Shown here in pieces: positions 43,376-52,846 of a stretch of DNA of 64,000 nucleotides; within the stretch, counting starts at the first letter, position 1, and each line of letters begins with the position of its first letter. Source of the DNA: a virus; IMG/VR virus record IMGVR_UViG_3300050821_018287, positions 28,258 to 92,257 of that record, one strand, 5' to 3'. The notes beneath the pieces are model-generated. The model was given only the letters and a program-made list of their open reading frames with translations, searched no databases and was not told the DNA's origin. A program made the translations under genes and the position numbers.

Positions 43376-43495
43376 CTACTTCCGCCCCCAGTTGGCCAGC
43401 GCCTCCGCGATGCTGATGAGGGCGATCGCGAAGATGCAGATCCAGACCGTGACGAACCACGGGTGCGCGTCGAGGAATTGCCAAAAGGTCGTCAT
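43376..43495 (-). CDS. small membrane peptide
   Basis: MTTFWQFLDAHPWFVTVWICIFAIALISIAEAL. Confidence 0.5.
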   Translation of the reverse strand: MTTFWQFLDAHPWFVTVWICIFAIALISIAEALANWGRK

Positions 43496-43500
43496 CCTGC

Positions 43501-43647
43501 TCAGCCTTGTTCGGTCCGCGTCAATCCGCCGCCCCGCTTCTTCCACACCTTCCCGCATCGGAGGCAAGGCAACCCATTCAGGTTCCCGTCCTTGTCGTAG
43601 GCGCGGAAGCCCTCCCCGAGGCACAACGTACACTTCTCGTCCGACAT
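43501..43647 (-). CDS. small Zn-finger protein
   Basis: CTLCLGEG...PCLRCG. Confidence 0.5.
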   Translation of the reverse strand: MSDEKCTLCLGEGFRAYDKDGNLNGLPCLRCGKVWKKRGGGLTRTEQG

Positions 43648-43928
43648 CAGCGCCGCGAGCGGTAGAACCGCGCCTTCACCCTCTCGCTGGCGGTGAAGGC
43701 GAGGGTGGAATGCGGTGGAGACCTCCGCCATTCCCCGTCCGGAGACAGGACCCGCTTCGCCTTCCGCGTGGAGCGGCGAAACACCCCGAAGTCGGGGACG
43801 GCGAAACGCCCGTACACGCGCGCCGACGACTCGATGCGGATGAAGACCCGCTTCAGGACCCTCTTCGTCACCTTCAGCTCCAACCGCGACTCCTCCGCAA
43901 TCAACCTCACGAACCAGTCCCACGTCAT
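43647..43928 (-). CDS. HU/IHF-like DNA-binding protein
   Basis: IAEESRL...VPDFGVF...RKAK...FTASERVK. Confidence 0.75.
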   Translation of the reverse strand: MTWDWFVRLIAEESRLELKVTKRVLKRVFIRIESSARVYGRFAVPDFGVFRRSTRKAKRVLSPDGEWRRSPPHSTLAFTASERVKARFYRSRR

Positions 43929-43930
43929 CG

Positions 43931-46480
43931 TCACGCCTCCAGGTGTTCGAGACTGCCCCACCGCTCTCCCACTTCGATGTCCACTTCGAGGAGATCTCCA
44001 CAGCCCTTGAACGAGGTCATCTCGTGCTTCGCGCGGGCGGCGATCTCCCGGACGAAGGGCTTGGGCACGACGAACAGGAGCGCGTCGTGGATAGGGAGGA
44101 CCAGCTCCGCGGGGAGCTTCTCCTCGACGATTGCGTGGACAATCTTCCCCAGCGAGGCCGTGCAGAACTCCGCCGCGGAGCCCTGGACGGCGGTGTTGAA
44201 AGCGCCGTTCTCCGCCTTCGAGCGGTTGTAGTTGTCCTCGTCGGCGATCCGCCACATCGGCCGACACCGCGCCGGCTCGCCTTCCCAGTACGTCCAAGCC
44301 ACGCCGTCCTTGCGCGCGATCTCCTTGCAGCGCTCGATGTAGAGGGGGAGCTTTTTGTACGCGCCGTAGATCGCCTGGCGCACCTTCCGCGCCTCCTCCA
44401 CCGAGCACTTCAGGAGATCCGCCAGCGTCTCGTCCGTCATCCCGAAGCCCACGGCGAAGTTGACCGTCTTGGCGATGGAGCGGTGGGGCTTCTTCACGTC
44501 CCCCGGTTCAATCCCCCACATCTGGCGCGAGATGAGCTGGGCGGTGGCTAGGTGGAAGTCCACCCCCGAGCGGATCACCTTCAGCATCTCCTCGTCGCCC
44601 GAAAGCCACCCCATCATCCGGTACTCGATTTGCTTGTAGTCGAGCATCAGAAACAGGGTGCCCGGCGGCGCCACGAAGCAGTCCCGGGCCATCTTCGTCT
44701 CCGGGTGATCCGGATCCGGCCGGACGATAGACTGGAGGTTGGGATCCGACGAGGAGGCCCGCCCGGTCCGCGCGCCGTCGAGGTTGATGCTGGTGTGGAT
44801 CCTCCCGTCGTCCCGGATGTTCCGGAGCCACTCGTCACACCGGCCCCGGAGCGTCTCGAAGCGCGAATGCTCCAGGAGCACCGGCACCGCCGGGTGCTTG
44901 TCTCGGAGCTGCTCCAACGCATCCGCCTCCGTCGTCGGCTTCCCGCCCTTCGTCTGCCAAGGCGAGGTGAGGCCGAGCTTGTTGTAGAGGAGATCCGCCA
45001 CCTGGGGATCCGAAGAGGGGGAGAAGTCGCCCCACTGCTTCAGCGTCGCCCGAAGCTTCCCCAACTGGAGATCCATGTACTGGGCGTAGAGGTTGACCGC
45101 GCCTCGGTCCACCGGCATCCCCCAGGCCTCGACTTGACGAATGGCGCGCGCCGCCGGCAGCACCACCGCCTCCCAGATCCTCCTCTGCGGCTTCTTCCTC
45201 GACAGCTCGATCCCCTTCAGCGCGGAGAGCTTCGAGGTGACGAGCGTGTCCCGCCCGTTGTACCGAAGGAGGACGTCCCGAGGCAGGTACCCGTAAGCGT
45301 ACGCCTCCGCATCCGCCCCCTCGGGGATTGGGTTGTACCCGAGCCGGGCGAGCGTCTCCGTCGCGAACATGAGCGTCTGGGTCTTCTCGGTCTCGCTCCG
45401 AGCCCGCGCCTTCGCTCGGGCGCGGTTGAGCCCTTTCACGATCTCGTCGATCTGCGCGCGGGCCTCTTGCTTGTGCCCGCCCATCCCCACCAGCTCCGCC
45501 ATGTCGTCGAGGTAGCCCGAACCCTCCGGCTCCAGGAGCTTCCGCTGAAGCCGGACGTCGAAGACGATGCCCTTCACCACGCAGTCCAAAGCCCAAGCGA
45601 AAGCATTCTCATCGTACTTCACGCCGGAGCCGCCCTTGGCCACGTCCGGATCCGTGAGGATCCGCCGGAAGGGCTCGAACACCTCCCGGTTCTTCAGCGT
45701 CTCCTCCTCCAACATCCACACCGTCTCGCGCCCGAGCGCGGCGAAGCTGGCGCAGAGGATCCGGTAGTCCCGGTTGAAAAGCTGCCCCGACGCTTCGACG
45801 TCGAAGCTGAACCAGTCGGTGGAGAGCAAGTCCTCCACCGCCTCCTCCGCATCCTCCCGCGTCGCCACCACCTTCGCCTCCGCGCTCCAAGGCGGCGGCG
45901 GGAGCTGCGCGGTGAGCGCCCACTCCAAGTCCTCCTCGAAGTAGCGGCGCAAGAAGCGGTTGCGCTCCCCCGCGGCGGGGTGGATGAGGAAGAAGATGGG
46001 GATGGGCTTCCCGTCGTTGTAGAGCCAGGCGTACCCGCGCCGCGTCCGCAACGGCGGGACGTTCCGCCCGAGGAGGGACTGGATTGCCCTGTCCCCCAAC
46101 GCCAACACCCGCGTCGGCTTCGCCTCCTTCAACGTCTGGGCGAGGAAGGGCCGGCACTTCGCGACGGCATCTGCCGGAGGCTCGCCCGCCCCGAAGCACC
46201 GGTAGGCGTTGTCCATGACGACCTTCCCGCGCCACCGGTGCATGAGCTGGTCGCGAAGGTACTGCCCGGACTTCCCGATGTTGGGGCGCCCTTCCGCGTC
46301 TTCGTGCCGGCCGGGTCCCTGGCCCACGACGAGGAGCCCGCCGGCCTCCCCCTCCGCCGTCACCACCGTCTTCCGGCCGGCGGCGAGCGCGCATCGGCCA
46401 CAGTTGAAGTCCAGCTCCGACGGGGCGATCGTCTCGATCAGCGCCTTCGGCGGAGTGGGGTAGAGGGGAATCCGCTCCAT
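43931..46480 (-). CDS. polA: family A DNA polymerase with an N-terminal uracil-DNA-glycosylase-like domain
   Basis: UDG-like VGQGPGRHE..GRP..G.SG...HPAA; exonuclease FDVE; RTGRASSSDPNLQ, DYKQIEYR, R..AKTVNF...FG, VQGSAAE, IHD. Confidence 0.92.
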   Translation of the reverse strand: MERIPLYPTPPKALIETIAPSELDFNCGRCALAAGRKTVVTAEGEAGGLLVVGQGPGRHEDAEGRPNIGKSGQYLRDQLMHRWRGKVVMDNAYRCFGAGEPPADAVAKCRPFLAQTLKEAKPTRVLALGDRAIQSLLGRNVPPLRTRRGYAWLYNDGKPIPIFFLIHPAAGERNRFLRRYFEEDLEWALTAQLPPPPWSAEAKVVATREDAEEAVEDLLSTDWFSFDVEASGQLFNRDYRILCASFAALGRETVWMLEEETLKNREVFEPFRRILTDPDVAKGGSGVKYDENAFAWALDCVVKGIVFDVRLQRKLLEPEGSGYLDDMAELVGMGGHKQEARAQIDEIVKGLNRARAKARARSETEKTQTLMFATETLARLGYNPIPEGADAEAYAYGYLPRDVLLRYNGRDTLVTSKLSALKGIELSRKKPQRRIWEAVVLPAARAIRQVEAWGMPVDRGAVNLYAQYMDLQLGKLRATLKQWGDFSPSSDPQVADLLYNKLGLTSPWQTKGGKPTTEADALEQLRDKHPAVPVLLEHSRFETLRGRCDEWLRNIRDDGRIHTSINLDGARTGRASSSDPNLQSIVRPDPDHPETKMARDCFVAPPGTLFLMLDYKQIEYRMMGWLSGDEEMLKVIRSGVDFHLATAQLISRQMWGIEPGDVKKPHRSIAKTVNFAVGFGMTDETLADLLKCSVEEARKVRQAIYGAYKKLPLYIERCKEIARKDGVAWTYWEGEPARCRPMWRIADEDNYNRSKAENGAFNTAVQGSAAEFCTASLGKIVHAIVEEKLPAELVLPIHDALLFVVPKPFVREIAARAKHEMTSFKGCGDLLEVDIEVGERWGSLEHLEA

Positions 46481-46481
46481 C

Positions 46482-46664
46482 TCACTCCACGGTCTCCAGC
46501 TTCGGGGCCTGCTGATAGCGCCCCGCCAACGCCCTCACCACCGTCGTCCGGGTACAGTCGAAGCGCTCGGCGAGGTCCGTGTAGGAGAGATCTGGGTCCA
46601 CCGCCTTGGCCCGGCGGATCCGCTCAGCGCGGTCCGCCGCCACCTCGCGCGTCGCCCGCCTCAC
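46482..46664 (-). CDS. small HTH protein
   Basis: LSYTDLAERFDCTRTTVVRAL. Confidence 0.65.
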   Translation of the reverse strand: MRRATREVAADRAERIRRAKAVDPDLSYTDLAERFDCTRTTVVRALAGRYQQAPKLETVE

Positions 46665-47425
46665 TTCGCCGCTCCGCCCAGCTCCTTAAAAGCGAGGAGG
46701 GTGGACTTGACCCGATCCTTCATGTCCGGGGTGCGGGCCAACACCGGGATCTCCGGCCGAAGCCGCTCGCACTCCGCGACGATCGCCACCTCCTCCGTGA
46801 TGCCGCGGGTGGCGAGCCAATCCACCACCTCCAACATCCGCTTCGCCTTCTTCACTCCCTCGGGAATGTCCGCCGCCCCGTTCCCCGCGGGCGGGGTCTC
46901 CGCAGCCTTGGCGGGCACGGGAGCCTCTTTCGGAGGGGTGGGGGTGGTTCCGGCTGGGGGAGGCGCCTCGGAAGCCGCCTGCGCCCCGGCAGTGGGCTCC
47001 GCAACGTCCTTGATGGGGGTGAGCTTCCTGGCCCGCTTCCCGGCTTTCTCGTCCTCTTTCGGAGCCTCCGGTGTAGGTGGGGGTGTGGGCTTCGGCTCCT
47101 CGCCCACCTTCGTCCCGGTCGCCTCCGCCTTCCCGAGCGCCAACCCCGTCGCCACCCCTTGGGCGTAGACGTCTTTCACCGTCGCTTCGTCCTTCGGAGG
47201 GCGGTCCGCTGCGGAGCCGGGCGCCGGCTTCGCCGTGAGCGACGAAGGCTTGACGGTGTAGATCCGATCCGTCTTGAGCGCGTCGAGAATGGCCTCCGCC
47301 ATCTCCAGCGACACGTTGTTGATCGTGAAACCCCCGACCCCTTGGTGGCTGTCCCACTCGACCCGAACCAACTCGCCCATCACCACCGCTTCGCCTTCGA
47401 AAGCCGTCAACTTCGTCAAGCCCAT
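46661..47425 (-). CDS. hypothetical protein with a Pro/Ala/Lys-rich linker
   Basis: GGAGGAGG then ATG 47425. Confidence 0.65.
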   Translation of the reverse strand: MGLTKLTAFEGEAVVMGELVRVEWDSHQGVGGFTINNVSLEMAEAILDALKTDRIYTVKPSSLTAKPAPGSAADRPPKDEATVKDVYAQGVATGLALGKAEATGTKVGEEPKPTPPPTPEAPKEDEKAGKRARKLTPIKDVAEPTAGAQAASEAPPPAGTTPTPPKEAPVPAKAAETPPAGNGAADIPEGVKKAKRMLEVVDWLATRGITEEVAIVAECERLRPEIPVLARTPDMKDRVKSTLLAFKELGGAAK

Positions 47426-47475
47426 TGTGTGTTGCCTCCTCCCGGTGTCTTGTTCGCGCGGAGCGCAATCCGCCC

Positions 47476-47676
47476 CTACGTCAGGCCCTTCTGCGTCGCG
47501 ATCCACTCGGAGATCGTGATGGTGCCCTTGTCCCCCTCCACCTTCACATCCGTCTCCTCCCAGTTGACCTCCGACTTCGGCACCCACACCTCGTTGTCGT
47601 AGATGTCGACCAGGAGCGCCTTCTCCGTCTCCTTCAACACCTCCGCGTCGTGGTACTGGATGAAGCGCCGGGGCAT
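47476..47676 (-). CDS. small hypothetical phage protein
   Basis: ETEKALLV...VWVPKS...ISEWIA. Confidence 0.65.
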   Translation of the reverse strand: MPRRFIQYHDAEVLKETEKALLVDIYDNEVWVPKSEVNWEETDVKVEGDKGTITISEWIATQKGLT

Positions 47677-47909
47677 TACTTCAGGTACCTCTTCTCAAGG
47701 TTCGCCGCTGCGTCGAGCACCGCGGCGATGGTGTCCCGGTGAACTCCTCCCGGAACCGAGTCCTGAATCAGGAGGATGATCGCGCGCCGCGTCAAAGGTC
47801 CCTCCAGGATCTTCTGAGCCGCCGCCGCGATGTCGACAATGGACCGCTCGAAGACTTCCAACGGCACCGGGTTGTCCTCTTCCTTCTTCACCACTACCTC
47901 ACGAGGCAT
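47676..47909 (-). CDS. small hypothetical protein
   Basis: ORF track; coupled. Confidence 0.6.
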   Translation of the reverse strand: MPREVVVKKEEDNPVPLEVFERSIVDIAAAAQKILEGPLTRRAIILLIQDSVPGGVHRDTIAAVLDAAANLEKRYLK

Positions 47910-48760
47910 GCGCGTCCCTCCGCTCTCAGCCAGCCTTGTTCGACTTCATCCGGATCCACCCTCGGCTCCAGCTTCACCGAGCCCGCACGCTGCCCTTCCA
48001 GGCGCAACCGCATCCCGAGCGCCCAGCCCTCTCGCCAGGCGTCCCCGTCGAGCGTCACGGCGATCGGCCGGCTCGCCGCGGCCAGGGCAAAGATCTGCTC
48101 CTCGCTCGGCTTCCCGAGGAGCGCCACCCCGTCCGGCCAGAGTGCCAGCGCGTCGAAGACCCCCTCCACCGCGAACGCGGGCTCATCCGTCGAGACGAGA
48201 AGCGCGGCGGAGTTGTAGAGGATCTCCCGCCGCTTCATCCCCATCGGGTACGTGTAGGCGCGCTCCAGCGCCTTCGTCCACGCGCGTCCGACCCACCCCA
48301 ACCAGGAGCCGTCCGGCGCGAGCACCGGGACGATGATGCGCCCCTCGTACTTTCCGTCGAGGCAGGCGCCAATCTGCGCCGCTTTCCAGATGCTCCGGGG
48401 GATGCCCCGCTTCGTAAGGTACCGGCGAGCGTCCCCCGCGCACAGCGCCGTCAACCCGTCCCCCTCCCAAAGCGGGGTGTAGCCCTCCGGAGGCCGGTGC
48501 GCGGCAGCCTCCACCGCGTCCAGCTCGGCCGCCGGCCGCTCCTCCACGTCCGGCTCCCACCCGTCGAGCCGCCCGCGGACGCTGCACTTGAAGCAGTGGT
48601 ACCAGCCCGTGCGGTGGTTGAAGCCGAAGCTCTGGCGGTGGTCCGCCTTCCCCGTCCGCAGGATGCAGAAGGGGCAATCCACCCGACCCCACTGACCCGA
48701 GCCCGCCGGAGCCGAAGCACAAGCCTCCGCCGCCAGGGCGCGCTTCTCGTCCCGGGTCAT
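47894..48760 (-). CDS. DNA primase (Zn finger plus TOPRIM)
   Basis: CPFC...HCFKC; YLTKRGI; RIIVP; VEGVFDAL; LDGD. Confidence 0.88.
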   Translation of the reverse strand: MTRDEKRALAAEACASAPAGSGQWGRVDCPFCILRTGKADHRQSFGFNHRTGWYHCFKCSVRGRLDGWEPDVEERPAAELDAVEAAAHRPPEGYTPLWEGDGLTALCAGDARRYLTKRGIPRSIWKAAQIGACLDGKYEGRIIVPVLAPDGSWLGWVGRAWTKALERAYTYPMGMKRREILYNSAALLVSTDEPAFAVEGVFDALALWPDGVALLGKPSEEQIFALAAASRPIAVTLDGDAWREGWALGMRLRLEGQRAGSVKLEPRVDPDEVEQGWLRAEGRACLVR

Positions 48761-50151
48761 CCGTCGGACCCCGGCTCGGGCAACGCCAGCGCCATCGCCG
48801 CCTGCCAAGCCAACGTACCGCGCTGCACCCACTCCGCGTGGCGCGGATCCCTCTCGATGGGGGCAATCTGCCCGGTGGCGAAGTAGGCGGGAAGCGGGCC
48901 AATCATCTTCCGCGAGTCGCCGAAGCGGTGCTTGGCGTTGAAGATCCCCATCTCATTCGTCTCGTCGTTGTAGTTGAACGTCAAGACGACATCCGCCACC
49001 CGGGGCTTGTGCATCGAATCCGCGGTGTGCTCCATGTCCACCTTCTTCCCCTTCCGCTCCTCGCGGCCTTTGCTCTGGGAGCCGGTCCACCCGCGCTTCT
49101 TCCGCTCCTTGATGAAGGTGTGAAACTCCCACATCGAGTCACCCTGCTCGGTGTAGCTGCTGCCCTTCGAGTCCTTCGACTTGGTGCACAGGTCGATGTA
49201 GTCGAGGGCCACGAAGTCGATCGGCCGACCGTCCTCCTCCTCGCACCGCTCCACCCACGCGACGAGATCCCCCACCGTCGTCCCCTTCGCCGTGAAGTCC
49301 ATGACGTGGAAGTTGCCCAGCGGCATCTCCCCCATGATGTAGGCCGCCCGATCCATCCCCCCGCTGCGGATCTGCTTCGTGGGGATGCCGGTGAGGAAGG
49401 CGCCCACCCGGGAGAGCACCTCCGCCCGCGACAGCTCCAGCGTCGCGTAGGCGACGTTCTGCCCGAGGAGAAGCGCGTTGCCCGAGAAATGCGTCAGCCC
49501 CATCGACTTCGCGCCGCCCGGGCCCGCGATGATGAGGCCGACCGTTCCGATCGGCAGCCCCCCATCGAGGGACGTGTCCACCTCCCCAATGCCCGTGGGC
49601 AACCGCTCCATCCCCTTCAGCGTCGCAATCTCCGCCGCCGCGCCGCGCAGCGTCGTCCCGGTGCCCTGGTCATTGACTCCGAGCGCCTTGGCCTTGGAGA
49701 TGAGAGTTTCCACCTCCTTGAAGCCGTTGCCCTTGCCGTAGGCGTCCAGGCCCGCCTTCGCCACCTCATGGGCGATGCGCCCTTGGAGGACGGGGACAAG
49801 CTGCCCCTCCACGTCCCCCTCGGTGGGGAGCCCGTCCATCAGCGCCGAGTCGAAGAGATCCAACACCGCGCGGATCTGCGCCGAGGTAATCTTCCCCTCG
49901 TCGCTTTGGCGCTGGAGCCGTTGCAGCACCACCGACATCGCCGAGGGGCCGCGCCCCGTCTCCTTCCAGATGAGCTGAGCCGCGTGCATCGCCTGACGCG
50001 CGGGCTCCTCCGCGAGGAGATCCGCGTCCACCGAGCTGCCCACCTTCGCCATGAAGCGCGGGCGGGTGCACGCCGTCACCACCACCGCTCTCTCGAATGC
50101 AGCCGGCAACCTGTACGGCTCAGCCGCCTTGCCACCCTTTGCTGTCACCAC
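48757..50151 (-). CDS. dnaB: DnaB-like replicative helicase
   Basis: LPTGI..VD..LDGGL, AGPGGAKS (Walker A variant), TLEL, LDYID, SQ, ADS..K..VAD, KHRFG. Confidence 0.8.
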   Translation of the reverse strand: MVTAKGGKAAEPYRLPAAFERAVVVTACTRPRFMAKVGSSVDADLLAEEPARQAMHAAQLIWKETGRGPSAMSVVLQRLQRQSDEGKITSAQIRAVLDLFDSALMDGLPTEGDVEGQLVPVLQGRIAHEVAKAGLDAYGKGNGFKEVETLISKAKALGVNDQGTGTTLRGAAAEIATLKGMERLPTGIGEVDTSLDGGLPIGTVGLIIAGPGGAKSMGLTHFSGNALLLGQNVAYATLELSRAEVLSRVGAFLTGIPTKQIRSGGMDRAAYIMGEMPLGNFHVMDFTAKGTTVGDLVAWVERCEEEDGRPIDFVALDYIDLCTKSKDSKGSSYTEQGDSMWEFHTFIKERKKRGWTGSQSKGREERKGKKVDMEHTADSMHKPRVADVVLTFNYNDETNEMGIFNAKHRFGDSRKMIGPLPAYFATGQIAPIERDPRHAEWVQRGTLAWQAAMALALPEPGSDG

Positions 50152-50181
50152 CCGCTCCCGAGCCTACGAAAAAGGAAAGTC

Positions 50182-51627
50182 TTACCGCCGCGCCCCCCAC
50201 AACCACTCGCCCCGCCGCGCGAGATCTCGGAGCCTTGTTCGGGTCTCCTCGTTCTCCGCGCGCGCTTCGGCGCACCGCGCCTCGAAAGAGCCGCTGGGGA
50301 AGTAGCGCTCCACCACGGCTTGGATGTTCTTCCGCGTCGGATCCGGGAGCGTGCGGATCTCCCGGTCCATCGCAAAGTAGGCCGCCAGGATCGGCTTCGA
50401 CTTAGGGCCGAAGACGGTGCGCGTGACGGAATAGGTCAGCTCCTCCGAGTGGTACCAGCCGTGCTTCTCCAGGAGCCGCTTCGTGCTCCACACCCAATTC
50501 ATCCGCGGTGGGCTCGCCGCAGCGCGACTCGGTTGGTACTCCTTCCACTTGTCACAGGAGAAAGCGGCCCATCCCGCGGGAGCGATGTCGTAGCGCTCCA
50601 GAAGCTCCGCCGCGTCGAGGAGAGCCCGACCGGTGGAGGAGGTTGCGTTGACTCGGTACGGAACGTCCTTCGCGTCGAAGCGGCTTTGGACCGCGCCCCG
50701 GTAGCACCGAACGAGGATCGCCAAAGTCTCCTCCTCGGTTCGCTCCGGGGGAAGCTTCGCTGGGCGGGGGGTGTCGACCGGATTCAGATCGGGTAGTGGG
50801 AGGCGACCGCACTGGCCAGGAAGGGGGACGGGACGGACCCTCGGAGGATGCTTCTTTCCGCCGAATGCCTTTTCAAGAATTGAACAAATGGCGGCGTCGG
50901 ACGGCGAGCTTTGCGAGCCGGCGACTGCCGCATCGTTCCTATCTTCCGAGCGAAGCGAGGAAGTAGGAACGATCCTTGGAGGAGGTATGATCGTAATAGC
51001 AGTTACGTCCCCCCCTATAGTCCCCCCGACGGTCTCTTGAGACACACAAGAGACCGCGGTCTGTTGAACGTTTTTGGCGATCTCTTGAGGCGGCGCGGTC
51101 TCTTGAGGACCGTTGGCGACCTTCAAGAGACCGTCGTTTGCTTCAAGTGACCGCGCGGTCTTTTGCGGTTGGACGGCCTCTTGAGCGCGTCCGAACGCGC
51201 CCGCGCGCATCCCGCCGTGGTGGTTCATGCTTCCGAGTCTCATCCAAGATGCGGGTGGGATGGACACCGACCCGTCCTCTTCCCGCTCCCCGAGAAGCCG
51301 ATCAGCTTTGTCGAGGAGCCCGGCCGAGCGCAACCGATCCGTCACACGGCGCACGGAGTCCACCGTGGAGCCCGCTACGCGCGCCACCGCGCCGCGATCG
51401 ACCGGAACCCTACCGTAGCCGTCACGGTAGTACAGGAGGGCTGCCCAGGCCGCGGAGCACGCCTTGCCGAGGCGCCGGGTGAACTCCTCCCAAGGGACTT
51501 TGACGACTCCGCCGGAGAGGGAAGCGCTCACGGCTGGTGGGCTCCACGAAAGCGCCCTGGGGCAGTAGCGTTCCCGGGAGGGAGTACCAAGGACCCAAGA
51601 CGCTTCCAGCGCGCCTTCGCGCAGCAC
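50182..51627 (-). CDS. putative replication initiator (N-terminal wHTH, internal iterons)
   Basis: VDRGAVARVAGSTVDSVRRVTDRLRSAGLL resembles a wHTH; upstream of the helicase and primase genes; carries an internal DNA repeat cluster. Start is uncertain. Confidence 0.6.
   Translation of the reverse strand: MLREGALEASWVLGTPSRERYCPRALSWSPPAVSASLSGGVVKVPWEEFTRRLGKACSAAWAALLYYRDGYGRVPVDRGAVARVAGSTVDSVRRVTDRLRSAGLLDKADRLLGEREEDGSVSIPPASWMRLGSMNHHGGMRAGAFGRAQEAVQPQKTARSLEANDGLLKVANGPQETAPPQEIAKNVQQTAVSCVSQETVGGTIGGDVTAITIIPPPRIVPTSSLRSEDRNDAAVAGSQSSPSDAAICSILEKAFGGKKHPPRVRPVPLPGQCGRLPLPDLNPVDTPRPAKLPPERTEEETLAILVRCYRGAVQSRFDAKDVPYRVNATSSTGRALLDAAELLERYDIAPAGWAAFSCDKWKEYQPSRAAASPPRMNWVWSTKRLLEKHGWYHSEELTYSVTRTVFGPKSKPILAAYFAMDREIRTLPDPTRKNIQAVVERYFPSGSFEARCAEARAENEETRTRLRDLARRGEWLWGARR
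51030..51185. repeat. iteron-like cluster, putative replication origin
   Basis: About 9 variants of CGGTCTCTTGAG in both orientations (e.g. 51030, 51057, 51078, 51096, 51156 and 51175 forward; ~51047, 51122 and 51142 inverted), next to a less GC-rich stretch at ~50980-51020. Confidence 0.7.
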
Positions 51628-51784
51628 ACCATCGATACTCTCCTCGCTCCGTTGTCGAGAGAGCTGCCCACCCTCGCGACGGCTGACAGCTTATGCCGGA
51701 GCTTCTGGAAAAAGGAAAGGGTCCCGACGAAAAAACCGTGCTTGGATTTCTACAAGGAAAAGTCGAGGGTTGCGGCGCACGGTT

Positions 51785-52075
51785 TCAACGCTCCCCGATC
51801 AACGCCGCCCGCGCCCAGTGCGCCCGCACGCGCTGTTCCACTTCGCGCTTCGCCGTGGCGAGGCTCCGGAAAACGTTGTTGTGCAGTTCCGGCTCCCCCA
51901 ACACGAGCCCCAATGCGCGCCACCTACCGCCCTTCACCGGATCGAGCCAGGCGAGCGACACCCATTCCCCGGCGGAGTGGGGGGTGTCGCCGCGCTTCTG
52001 GAACACCCACGAGGTCAGCGCATCGTCGGCGTCCTTGGGACCCTTGTCCTGCGTCCAGCGCGTCTCAGGGCTCAT
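51785..52075 (-). CDS. small protein related to the array family
   Basis: Contains FRSLATAKREVEQRVRAHWARAAL. Confidence 0.65.
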   Translation of the reverse strand: MSPETRWTQDKGPKDADDALTSWVFQKRGDTPHSAGEWVSLAWLDPVKGGRWRALGLVLGEPELHNNVFRSLATAKREVEQRVRAHWARAALIGER

Positions 52076-52320
52076 GGGATGTCGCTCTCTTCTGAGGCAT
52101 CCCAATTCAGCGCCCAGCGGTCCTCATCCTGGGCCAGCCGCTCCGCCGTGTTTCGAGCGATTGCCGCGAGGCACGCCTTGCACGTTACCTTGGAAACGTC
52201 CGCTGTCTTCAAGGCCCGCTTGCGGTCCTCGGACGTAATCGCGTCGAGCCAGTTGCGCGCGATCAACCCGCACATCATCGTGATGCCGGGTGGGTAGAGA
52301 GGGAAGTGGACCTTCTTCAT
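52072..52320 (-). CDS. small Zn-binding protein
   Basis: VH...CG...VTCKACLAAIARNTAERL. Confidence 0.6.
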   Translation of the reverse strand: MKKVHFPLYPPGITMMCGLIARNWLDAITSEDRKRALKTADVSKVTCKACLAAIARNTAERLAQDEDRWALNWDASEESDIP

Positions 52321-52631
52321 TCGCAAAGCCTCCGGCGGGTGTCCTCTTCTGCCGCCCACACCAACTCTTGCATCTCGTCCCACCAGCGGCGACGCCGGTT
52401 GTTCTCCACCCACTCCTCGAAACGGACGACGAGAAGCGAGAAGGACGGGCGCTTGCGCGTGAAACGGTACAGGCAGTCGTTGCAGAACACCCGGTACACC
52501 TCACTGGGGGGCTGAAAGACGACCCAGCGCCCGTTGAAAGCGAAGATGTGCTCCGCGGCGCACCCCCAACAAAGCGACTCCGACGTAAGGTTGACCATCC
52601 CGGGGCCGGGATCGCTGAGAGTAAGGCTCAT
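52317..52631 (-). CDS. small Zn-finger protein
   Basis: CWGC...FCNDC. Confidence 0.6.
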   Translation of the reverse strand: MSLTLSDPGPGMVNLTSESLCWGCAAEHIFAFNGRWVVFQPPSEVYRVFCNDCLYRFTRKRPSFSLLVVRFEEWVENNRRRRWWDEMQELVWAAEEDTRRRLCE

Positions 52632-52846
52632 CCGCCGAGCCTCCGACGCGCGTCCGTTGCGGTGAGGAAAGCGTCAACCTCCTTCGCCCACTCCACCCAG
52701 TCTCGGTAGGACAGCTCGAACCCCATCGCCTCCGCGACAGCGCGGGCGCGGGACAAGCATCGATCGCAGAACATCGTCGTCTGCCCCGGCCAAAAGGCGA
52801 TCCACCGCGCGGTGTCACCACAGTCTTTCGAATCGCAGAGGTTCAT
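52628..52846 (-). CDS. small Zn-finger protein
   Basis: CDSKDC...FCDRC; ends ATDARRRLGG. Confidence 0.6.
   Translation of the reverse strand: MNLCDSKDCGDTARWIAFWPGQTTMFCDRCLSRARAVAEAMGFELSYRDWVEWAKEVDAFLTATDARRRLGG

Noticed and set aside
44552-47602. Long + strand ORFs (1016 aa here; also 18549..20792, 48838..50796, 7324..9165, 53157..54836 and others)
   Set aside because: They are antisense shadows of high-GC3 minus-strand genes that have clear motifs; the translations show no recognisable domains.
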